From Phaeosaccion multiseriatum (Eukaryota; Protista; Ochrophyta, other classes), in assembly GCA_965112735.1 (NCBI GenBank), contig OZ218961.1, positions 2,418,001 through 2,482,000 on the forward strand: a stretch of 64,000 nt of DNA, given 5' to 3'. The notes below the pieces were generated by a model. That model saw nothing but the letters and a program-made list of their open reading frames with translations. It made no database searches and had not been told where the DNA came from. Position 1 is the stretch's first letter; the number at the start of each line of letters is the position of its first letter. Positions 12,387 through 23,502 of this stretch are shown piece after piece. Position numbers and translations under genes: made by a program.

Positions 12387-15300
12387 CTTCTGACCCATCA
12401 TATCTTCTCTATATGTACAAAGCTCTGCTTTGGTGTCTCTCTCCCCCTCCCTCTCTCCTTCTCAATCCCTCTCCTTTCCTCTCTTTCTATGCTCCTAAGG
12501 TTATGCGACACTGGCTGCACAGCATGTCCCGGAGCTGCTCCACCTCAAAGGGCTTGGACAGCACGGCCGAGAAGCCGTTCTCCGCTGCCGTCCTTTGTGT
12601 CATGCCCTCGTCCGCCGTCATGGCTATGATGGGGAGGCGCACACCTCCTTCGCGCCTCCTTAGCTCGCTCGCAATCTCACTGCCGGTGCTAAACTGCATC
12701 CGATTGTCCATGAGCACCACATCGAACAACTCGTCCAACAGCAGCCCCGGGTAGTGTTGCAGCACCTCCCTCCCGTCCTCCAGCATGGTCACCTTGTCAT
12801 CAGCACATCACAACACTCCACTGTTAGTAACAATACAGTTTGTTGTCAGCATCACAACACAACACTCCACTGTTCGTAACAATACTGTCAGGGACAGGCG
12901 CAAATATATACACGGTAGATGGCAACTGACGGGTCAAACAATACACAAACTGAAACTCACCTTGTGCACCCCAAGGGCCTCGAGCATGGCCTGCCCCACG
13001 AAGTGATTGAGGAGGTCATCGTCCACAAACAGCACGCGCAGCTCCGCCAGCAGAGAAGGCCCCCCATCCCCCCCCACCGCCGCCATGCGCACCTCTTCTA
13101 TTACCCTCCTTCCGTCTCCCCCCCGCTGCTGCTGCTGCTGGCTCTTGCTCTTGCTCTTGCTCTCACCCTCCTCCTCCTCCTCCTCCTCCTCCTCCTCCTC
13201 CTCCTCCTCCTCCTCCTCCTCCTCCTCCTCCTCCTCCTCCTCCTCCTCCTCAGTCATGGTGATCGTGGTCCTTGGTATCGTAGTTGCAGTCTGAACCACT
13301 GTCGTGAAGGAGAAGACCGTCCCGCTCTGCCCGTCCGTGCGGTTCCGCAGGGTCAGTTTCCCGCCCATACCCGTACACATGGCCTCGCTGATGTCCAGGC
13401 CGATGCCTGAGCTACGGAGGACGGCGCAGGGCCGTGGTGAGGCAGTCCTTGTGGACAAGCGCTGTTGGTCTTCGCTGTCGCTCTCGTTGTTGCTACTGCT
13501 GCTGCTGCTTCTGCTGCTGCTGCTGTTGCCCAGGGTCTCTCCACCACTGCCGCCACTGCTCGTATTGCCACCATCAATAGACCTCGACGACTCCCCACCC
13601 CCACCCCCTCCTGCCCTTCTCCGTGGCGCCCCGTCACTCCCGCTGCTTACAGTCGCCTCGTCAGTCCCCGTCTCCCTCCCGCTTGTGCCCCTGTCGCCAC
13701 CACCGCCTGTGATGGTGCTCTGCCCATTTCCATTGTCGTCAGAAGAAGGATGGTCCTCGCCTTGCGCCGTGTGGTGGTCTCCGCCTGGAGCGGGGCTCCC
13801 ACGCACACTTGCGGTTGCAGCAGCGGTGCGCGGGAAGATACGGTGGAGCCACGAGGAGCCCCGCCCCGCGCCCCCGGTGGACATGGAGGTAGACTCGTTT
13901 TCCGGGCGGCGGCGGGACCGAACGGGTCTGCGAGCACCTTCGAGACTAAAGCCGAGGCGAGTCCCCTTTTGTCCTTCCGCCTCCTTGTCGCTCTTGTCAT
14001 CACCCTCCAACCCAGTGCCGTTGTCGATGATGGTAATGCGCAGACTGAAGAGCGGAGTACAAGTAGACGAAGAAGCAGAAGAAAATGGACAAGGAGCAGG
14101 AGGAGCGGCAAGACGACCACGAGCGGTGCTGCGTCTCCTCCTCCTCCTCCTGCTGCTGCTGCTGCTGCCGCTCTGGCCTCCACCGCTGTGAGGAGGCTCG
14201 TGAGTTGAAGCATCAACATCGATAGCAGTGGTCCCTTCCCCTGCCCCTGCCCCTGTCCCTGTCCCTGCCACAGACGCCTCTCCCCCTCCTTCGCCCCGCC
14301 CGCTGTTGTCGCGCGTCACTTGGATAGTGATGCTCGGATCGAAGGGCAACGCCGCCTCTTGCCCCTCTTGCCCGCCCCTGCCCCTTGCCGCCGGGTGGGA
14401 GGCTTGGTCGAGGGTTCGGTACTCCCTGATGGCAATGGCCTTGACGCCGTTGGTGATGCCGTTGGCGCACACCTGCTTGTCGGGTCGTGAAGGGTGGCGG
14501 TAAGAGGCAAGCAACCAACAAAAGGGAAGCAATCAAGCAACCAAGCAGGCAAACAAGCAACAAGGAGAAAGAGGGGGAGGCAATCAAGTGAGCAAAGGAG
14601 CGGGCGCACTTGCACTTCACTTCACTAAAAACTGTCGGAGAGGGTACAGGCCCCCACTCGACACAAATCTTCCGTGACCCCGGGGGGAGGGGAAGGGAAA
14701 TGAGACAGACACACACGCAGCCTACCGCAACATCCCCCACTTGGCGGATACGCGCATACAACCAACTGCTGCTGCTCTTCTGCTGTAACTACTGCTCATT
14801 GCTACTGCTCTCTGCTACTGCTCTCTACTCCTGCTCCTGCCAACCGTTTTGGACACACACGCACCCACGCACGCACGCACGCACGCACCTGCATGACTCT
14901 TTTGTCGTCGAGCATCAAAGTCGGGGGCAAATCGTCAGCGATGTGGCACTGAAATGTGATGGATGTGTTCATGCCGCAGTGCTGACTCGCAATGCGGTCG
15001 AAGAAGTCTTTCAGGCACACAGTTGACAGCGACCGAAGCACCACCCCTTCCTCAATGGCCTTGGCGTCCAGGACATCTACACTTAGCATCACCTTTGGGT
15101 GAGTGTGTTGTGGCGCATTGGGGAGGCGAGGTGGGAAGGAGAGGGTGTCAAGTCCATCCTTCGACTGAAGGAGGGAGGGAGGAGAGAGGGAGGGGGAGAA
15201 CACGCACACATGCATACACACATACATACACACGCACCAGCTGCTTGGTAGACATGCGAACGCGCTCCACCCATACAAACGCCTGGGCGCAGGCCCGCTC

Positions 15301-18300
15301 CTCAGCCTCCGCAAGGGCCATCGCACTGGCACCCGCACTGGTCTCTTGAGACCCTCTGTTGGTCTCCAGTGCGGCAGTGTGCCTGGTGGTGCCGCTGCTC
15401 TCCTCTGCCCAGGAGGCGAGAGCGCCAAGAGCGGTGGTGATGGCGTGGAGAGGGTTGCGTACTTTGTGGCAGATTGTTTGTACGGCATCACGCGTCCTGA
15501 GGGTGTGGGGGGGGTGCGAGCACGTACGAAAGATGGGAGTGAGTTGGGTGTGGGGTTAGGAAAGGGTTAGGAGCAAGGAGAGGTATATATAACGCACTAG
15601 AGATCGGAAGAGGTCTAATGGCTATAGAATCGTCCGCTCCCTGCTGTACTACGTACGCACTTACCTTTCTGTGGCGGCCGTTTCGAGCTGAAGGGCCCGC
15701 TGCTGCTCCTCATGCTCCCTGAAGAGTGATCTTTGCAGCCACTCCCACCCCACTATGATGATTACCGACAGGACAGACCCGATCACGGAGCGGTACACGT
15801 AGCGGAGCCTACCGTCGCACACGCACGCAAGTATAGTAAGGATATGCACAGTCATATGGGGATAGGGATAGAGAATAGGGATATAGCGGCGGGGGGGAGG
15901 GGGGGATGCGACAACAAGCCACAAGGGCGGGTCATGGGTGGGGCAGATAAGAAAGAGGAGGGGAGGGGGGGGGGGAGAGAGACGCGGAGAAAGGGGGGGT
16001 GGGTGGGGTGGAGGGTGAGAGTGGGACAGGGGAATTCCAAGCCAAAGCTTACTTGACATGGTTTGGGGCGTTGTTCCGTCGTGTGGAGTTGAAGTACAGG
16101 TCTTGAGACAGATATTTCCTTGCGAAGGCCGCTGCCACGAACGAAGGAGTGTTCATGGACAAGCCGATGGCACTAAAGAGCATGAATCTGATCCCCTGGG
16201 GGGTCCTCAAACACTCGGCGGAGGTGGGCTGGTCGTAGTCGCAATAGTACGTCTGATTCCCCCAGGCCGAGAGGATAAAGGCGCTTGCGAGACTCCAGCT
16301 CCAGCAGCGCAGGAAGTAGAGGCGAAGACGCCAACGCTTGTCGGCCCGCCCGAGCTTCTCTCCCTCCGCCGTCGGCGACAGGAATATTCTGTTACGTTTA
16401 GTTTTCGATAAACAGGGGATGGGGGGAGGGGAAGGCGGCGCGGAGGGTTACACTTACATACATATGCACACATGCACACACGCACACATGCACACACGCA
16501 CACACGCACACATGCACACATGCACACACGCACACACGCACACATGCACACATGCACACATGCACACGCACACATGCACACATGCACACATGCACACGCA
16601 CACACACACACAACGACACACACACACCACCACCTACCTTGCACAGAGATAGAGCACGGCCCCGAAGGCCACGGCCGGCCCTTCAATGAAGTTCCCTCGG
16701 TAGTCGTACTTCGCACCGCCGTTGTAGAGCCGTTGGTACACCAAGGGCCACCACGCGTTGGCGTTGAGCAGCACCAGCACGACCGGGATGATGGCTTGTG
16801 ATTGCAAGTGAAGCCACACCAAGTATCTATCTTCCTCGTCGGAGCGGAATACGAACCCCAGCAGCACGCCGCATACCCTTGTGGCGGTCCTGACAAGACG
16901 ATGCCTTCCCCAGCCCTTGCCGCCGCTCCCGCCGACGCCGCCCCCCTGCGCTGGTATGCCCCCTGCCCCCTGCTTCGCCTGCTGCCACTCTTCCTCCTTC
17001 CTCTCCTCCTGCCGCTCTGGCCAATGCAGAGGCGACTCCTGATACAGTAACTCACCCCCCCAACCTGCATCTACAGCGCTCCTCTGCACAGCACGAAGGG
17101 GAGATGACTGCAAGCCCACATCGACGCTTCCCCTCTCCATTTGATCATCCTCACCAGCGGACTGCAGCCCCTCCTCCCTCTCCATCGCGGACAAAGACGA
17201 GGATGCGGCAGGAGCACGTACCGACAACAAAGCCACTGGAGCCCCCTGTCCCTTCGCCAAGTCAAGTTGCTTGCGTATGCACTGCTGGAGCAGCTGCAAG
17301 GAGTAGGGCTTCTCCAGCACGGCAGAGAAGGCCTCGTCGGTGATGAAGGCCCACTCCCTCCTCCTCCCTGCCTTGAGAGTGGCGGCCACGACGGGAATGC
17401 TCCTCACTCCCCAGCTGCGCAGTTGCCTACAAAGCCCAGTCTCTCCTTCAATGGCCACCGCCTGCTCCTGCTCAGCCTGCTGCTGCTGCTGCTGCTGCTC
17501 AGAAGACAGCACCCGCCCTTCTCTTTCTTCTTCTTGCTCTCGTCGCTGCTGCTCCTCTCCTCTGCTACTCACATGCACGAGGACGAGATCAAAAGCGGCC
17601 TCCAATCCTTGTCCCCGAGGGAAAGCCTGCAGCACCTCCGCACTGCTCTTGAACGCCGAAGTGGTAACCTCTAGTGCATGGAGCAGGCTCTGAGTCATGT
17701 CTCGCTCGAGGTCATCGGTACTGAGCAGCAGCACCCGCACACCCTCCAAGCTGCTTCTGCCAAACGGGTTGCCGGCTCTGCTGCTCCTACACATATCTCC
17801 TCGTCCTCCTCCTCCTCCTCCTCCTCCTCCTCCTCCTACTCGCCCCCCTCCTCCTCCTCCTCCTCCTCCTCCTCCTCCTCCTCCTCCGCCGCCGCCGCCG
17901 CCGCTGTTTCCACCACTCCAAGTGTTCCGTACGTCTGCGTCCAGCAAGTCCGAGACGAAGTCAAGCAGCTGCGAGGAAGCCGAGTCCAGCACCCGCACCC
18001 AATCGAAGAATCCGCCCCACATACCGCCTCTAGGGGAGGCGGGCGGGATCTTGACTGGAGGCAGCGGTAGTGGCCCGGCGGCTGGAGACAGGCCCCGCCG
18101 ATCCTGTGGCTGTTGTATCACCAACTGCTGCTGTCTCTGCTGTGACGCAATGAGGGCCCCAGTGAGAGCAAGCCGCGGCGAGGAAGTTCGGCTCCGTGGC
18201 GACTGCTTCTGCTTTGAGTCGAGCAGGAAGGGCAAAGACAGCCTCTGCAAGTGATGCACAGAGGCTGTGAAGGAGTGCAGCGCGTTTCGAAACTCGTGAC

Positions 18301-19545
18301 AGGCGTAGCGCAGAGTGCGAACCCGCCTCTCCGTCAGCTTCCTCGCCTCCTCCAACCGCCGCAACTTGTCGCTGTAGGCATGAAAGTAGGCCCTCCAGCG
18401 CACCCTCACAGTGACACCGAGCACGAGCATCAGTCCAAGGGTTGTCCAATTGAAGATAAGGGCGTCCAGGACAGTGTATGTGCCCCCGCCGAACCGCCGA
18501 GAGACATCGATAACCTGAATGCTTGTGAAGTAGGCCATGACCGCCCCGGTGACCACCAAGTAGGGGAGGTCAACCTTATGCATGTAGGCAAGGTGTGGTG
18601 GGGTGGGGATGAATGGGGGCGGGGTATGGCGAGGTAGGTGTTGGTTGCTTGTCTGCTCGTTTGCTTGCTTGTGCAGAGCGCACCGCACAGGACCGAGTAT
18701 GAATAGAGTTCTGACACTCGGATCCGAACAGGTAGAAGGCACCACCCCCGACTAGAAGTCTACCTCCCCCGACCTGCGTTGCTCACCTCCAGGCAAAACA
18801 CAAGAAATATGTAGATATTTGAGCTTCTAGGGGCGGTAAAGTCAACACAGCGAGCGTCGCCTGTGCACTTTTGGATGTCGAAGGCAATAGTCCACCCCAA
18901 GGCGAGGGCACTGCACAAGACGCCCCACCAGCTCACAAGGAAGCGAGTGAGCACGTGCTTCCCACCTAGCAATCGCAGGGACCCCGTGTACAGGGCTTGG
19001 AGTATAAGAAATCCCAGGATCACAGGCAGGGCCTGAGAGAGAGAGAGGAAGAGAACAAGAGGCACACACAAGGGCCGAAAAGGGAAGAGAGCAGCAGCAG
19101 CAGCAGCAGCAGCAGGAGGAGGAGGAGGAGGAAGAACATGAGCAAGGAGCAGCGCGGTGGCTAAGAGAAGAGAAGAGCATGCAGGGGGGCAAGAGGAGAG
19201 CGAGGCCTGCTTTTCTCATTTTCCTTCATCTGTCTACTTACCCTGAGGTACAGGTCCTGTCTTCTCACGGGGTCCGGGCGCACGAAATAAAACCACGTCC
19301 AGTGCATAAGGTTGTACCACGTGAGGGCCACCCAGGCTCCCCACTGCCTCCGCTGCATTGAAAAGTCGAGGTAGGCCCTCTCGTCCCTCGGATTGTGGAA
19401 GCGCAGGAAGGTCAGGGTTAGCAGCCGCAACCTCCCCCCTGTGAGCCACGTCATTTGCTGCTCCCTCATGAATGTACACCCTGAGGGTTAAGCACTGGAG
19501 CTCAGCTCATCGACTTTCGTGGGCCCACTGCAATGCGTGCGTGGA
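12387..19545. repeat. Left arm of a large inverted duplication (pairs with 21752-28992)
   Basis: Reverse-complement match from CTTCTGACCCATCATATC (12387) to ...CTGCAATGCGTGCG (~19541). The ORF track is mirrored, e.g. 14802..15491(-) and 25910..26599(+) give the same 229 aa. Confidence 0.97.
12487..19469 (-). CDS. Membrane hybrid histidine kinase, copy A (TM-HisKA-pseudoREC-TM-HisKA-HATPase_c-REC), spliced
   Basis: H-boxes [11 protein letters not shown] and [10 protein letters not shown]; N-box [18 protein letters not shown]; G1 [10 protein letters not shown]; G2 [17 protein letters not shown]; receiver LRVLFVDDD...[10 protein letters not shown]...PIIAMTAD...VLSKPF; hydrophobic exons; GT-AG introns. 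Start codon is tentative. Confidence 0.88.
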
Positions 19546-19635
19546 ATTTTTTGATTTTTTTTTTCCTTTTTCCGCAAAAATACACGCTGCGGAATCACAT
19601 TCACAGATGGCGGCGGAACGGGACCTTTTTTTTTT

Positions 19636-21557
19636 CCCTCCTACCAGGACGACTTCGTCCACCCCTGGCGCGGCAACCTCGCCGACTTCGAGCCCACTCT
19701 CGACACCTTCACCACCGACCTCGCCTCCATCGGCCTCACCCGCCGCACGGACAAGCAACGATACCTCCCCCCCCCGGGCCACCACGTCACCATGGAAGAG
19801 CGCGCATTTGTGGACCGCACTGGCGGCACCATCATCGAGGACGGCGGCTTGAGCATTGTCGGCCTTCCAGTCGGCCACGACGACTTCATCAGAGGTTACC
19901 TCTCCCAAATCATGGTGGACGGACCCGACAGACACGCCTTCCTTCACCTCGCCGAGCAGATCGCCCTCATGCAGGAGACACAACCCGCCCTCCTCCTGCT
20001 CACGAAGTCACTCTCGCCAAAACTCCAGCACTATCTGCGCGGTGCCGCCCCCGGCCAGACGACCAACACCATTGCCTCCCCCGGCGACGCCCTCAGCCTC
20101 GCCGTCGGAGAGGCCCTACTCCAACTCCCAGGAGCGGACACCATCGGAGACATCATCGCCAGCGCACCCTCGGACCGACTGTCGCACCTTCAGCTCGCCT
20201 CACACCAGCACCAACAGATGTTCCTTCCCCAGTCCCAAGGAGGTTGGGGCTCCCTCTCCCTCACCAACACCGCCATACCAGCCTACCTGGGCGCAGCCGC
20301 CGACACCCTCCAGTCAGTGATCACACCGGGAGCCATCTGGCCAGAGGCGGACCTACGCGACCTCGCCCCAGCCCTCCGCCAGAGTAGCTCCGTCCAGAAC
20401 ATCCTCACCACCATCCAGGCCGCCGCCGAAGACGGGACCCTCTCCCGACAAGACCTGGAGATGAATCTCCCCCTCCCCCTGGTCAACCTCGCGCTCACCT
20501 CAGCAGCGGACCGCCAACGAGCTGAGGACGCCTTCGACACCAGCCTCGCCCAGGGCAACTGGGCCCCGCAGCAGCAGACGCAGCGCGCCCTGCAGAGATG
20601 CCTAGCGCCGCAACGCCGGGACAAGTACCGCGCCTCACTGGACCGACTCCCCGACGACGCTGCTGCTGCCGATACCGGCATGGAGTCTCGCCGACAGGCC
20701 AAGTCTCGGCACCTGAGCCAGAGCAGCGACGGGGCCATGGGCTTCATCGCAACCTCACCTGGACAGGTCTCCATGCCGGCCCAAGACATGGTAGGGGCCC
20801 TACGACGCTCCCTCGGCATCAACTGCCTGTACAGCCCTGGGGAACCCGACGCACTAGTCTGCACCCGCTGCAACACACGCGCCGACTCCTCCCACGCCAT
20901 CCAGTGCCCCAACCAGAGCACTCTCTATCACACCGGGATGCTCTCCTCCATCGAGGACATGTTCAAGCAGAACTACGTCTCCCGCGTCGGACACGAGAGC
21001 TCGGAGCTCTTCAACCCCCCGCACAACATCGCCCGGACCTTCCGCATGGACGCCACCCTCCCCCGAGGCGCCCTCTCCGGAGCCCGCGACCCCACCTTTG
21101 CCCACCCGGCGCACATGCTAGACCTAACCCTGAGTAACAACCTCTGCAGGACGGCCTTGAATGTGCTCCGCACGGACATTAGACCGGGAGCGGCAGCCGC
21201 CAACAGCGAGACCCGCAAGGAGCGACATTACAGGGGCACCTACGACCGAGAGCGTGTTCGCCTCTCCACCTTCGCCATCGAGACCCACGGCCGACTCGGC
21301 GCACAGGCGCAATCGCTCCTGCACGCACTCGCCGAGCACGTGGTCACCCGCACTGGCCGCACGGGCTCCTCCACCACCAAGGGCCACGTCCTCACACGAC
21401 TACGCCGCCTCGTCAGCTGCAGCCACCAGATGTGGCTCTCGGAGCGGGAGCGCGCCTTCCTGGGTCGGCTCAACCGCGGAGCCGGCCCCGCACCCCCCCT
21501 CCCCGCCCTAGAGGGGGAGTAACCGGCCCCTCGAGGGCCCCGGAGACACAGCGACAC

Positions 21558-21559
<2 letters not shown>
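19636..21559 (+). mobile_element. 5'-truncated non-LTR retrotransposon with restriction-like endonuclease (CRE-like clade)
   Basis: YQDD at 19642-19653 is in frame with ORF 19792..21522, and there is no ATG between it and the upstream stop. Downstream: RT motif 6/7-like LASIGL...K and GLSIVGLPVG; LPQSQGGWG; CCHC knuckle CTRCNTRADSSHAIQC; endonuclease motifs RMD, LDLT, AAAANSETRKERHY and FAIETHGRLG. Short 3' UTR runs into (CA)n. Confidence 0.85.

Positions 21560-21623
<64 letters not shown>
21560..21623. repeat. (CA)n microsatellite at the 3' end of the retroelement
   Basis: About 32 perfect AC units starting ~38 bp after the ORF stop. Confidence 0.95.
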
Positions 21624-21625
<2 letters not shown>

Positions 21626-21751
21626 TCACACTTTCAGTTTCTTAGGTGATTCCTATTAAGTCAATAAAGTACCCCCTTCCCCCCCCCTTGCGCACACACT
21701 CACAATCACAATATCCCTCCCCTGCTGGGTACGATTGTATTTCTGACCGTC

Positions 21752-23460
21752 TCCCCGCACGTATTGCAGAGGGCGCACGAAAGTCGATGAGCTGAGCTCC
21801 AGTGCTTAACCCTCAGGGTGTACATTCATGAGGGAGCAGCAAATGACGTGGCTCACAGGGGGGAGGTTGCGGCTGCTAACCCTGACCTTCCTGCGCTTCC
21901 ACAGCCCGAGGGACGAGAGGGCCTACCTCGACTTTTCAATGCAGCGGAGGCAGTGGGGAGCCTGGGTAGCCCTCACGTGGTACAACCTTATGCACTGGAC
22001 GTGGTTTTATTTCGTGCGCCCGGACCCTGTGAGAAGACAGGACCTGTACCTCAGGGTAAGTAGACAGATGAAGGAAAATGAGAAAAGCAGGCCTCGCTCT
22101 CCTCTTGCCCCCCTGCATGCTCTTCTCTTCTCTTAGCCACCGCGCTGCTCCTTGCTCATGTTCTTCCTCCTCCTCCTCCTGCTGCTGCTGGTGCTGCTGC
22201 TGCTCTCTTCCCTTTTCGGCCCTTGTGTGTGCCTCTTGTTCTCTTCCCCTCTCTCTCTCAGGCCCTGCCTGTGATCCTGGGATTTCTCATACTCCAAGCC
22301 CTGTACACGGGGTCCCTGCGATTGCTAGGTGGGAAGCACGTGCTTACTCGCTTCCTTGTGAGCTGGTGGGGCGTCTTGTGCAGTGCCCTCGCCTTGGGGT
22401 GGACTATTGCCTTCGACATCCAAAAGTGCACAGGCGACGCTCGCTGTGTTGACTTTACCGCCCCTAGAAGCTCAAATATCTACATATTTCTTGTGTTTTG
22501 CCTGGAGGTGAGCAACGCAGGTCGGGGGAGGTAGACTACTAGTCGGGGGTGGTGCCTTCTACCTGTTCGGATCCGAGTGTCAGAACTCTATTCAGACTCG
22601 GTCCTGTGCGGTGCGCTCTGCACAAGCAAGCAAACGAGCAGACAACCAACACCTACCTCGCCATACCCCGCCCCCATTCATCCCCACCCCACCACACCTT
22701 GCATACATGCATAAGGTTGACCTCCCCTACTTGGTGGTCACCGGGGCGGTCATGGACTACTTCACAAGCATTCAGCTTATCGACGTCTCTCGGCGGTTCG
22801 GCGGGGGCGCATACACTGTCCTGGACGCGCTTATCTACAAGTGGACGAGCCTGGGACTGATGCTCGTGCTCGGTGTCACTGTGAGGGTGCGCTGGAGGGC
22901 CTACTTTCATGCCTACAGCGACAAGTTGCGGCGGTTGGAGGAGGCGAGGAAGCTGACGGAGAGGCGGGTTCGCACTCTGCGCTACGCCTGTCACGAGTTT
23001 CGAAACGCGCTGCACTCCTTCACAGCCTCTGTGCATCACTTGCAGAGGCTGTCTTTGCCTTTCCTGCTCGACTCAAAGCAGAAGCAGTCGCCACGGAGCC
23101 TGTCTTCCTCGCCGCGGCTTGCTCTCACTGGGGCCCTCATTGCGTCACAGCAGAGACAGCAGCAGTTGGTGATACAACAGCCACAGGATCGGCAGGGCCT
23201 GTCTCCAGCCGCCGGGCCACTACCGCTGCCTCCAGCCAAGACCCCGCCCGCCTCCCCTAGAGGCGGTATGTGGGGCGGATTCTTCGATTGGGTGCGGGTG
23301 CTGGACTCGGCTTCCTCGCAGCTGCTTGACTTCGTCTCGGACTTGCTGGACGCGGACGTACGGAACACTTGGAGTGGTGGAAACAGCGGCGGCGGCGGCG
23401 GCGGAGGAGGAGGAGGACGAGGAGGAGGAGGGGGAGGACGAGGAGGAGGAGGAGGAGGAG

Positions 23461-23502
<42 letters not shown>

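Noticed and set aside
15550-15572. Telomere-like GGGTTAGG pair (mirrored near 25830-25850)
   Set aside because: Only two copies, inside an intron, and they match branch-point-like CTAAC on the sense strand.
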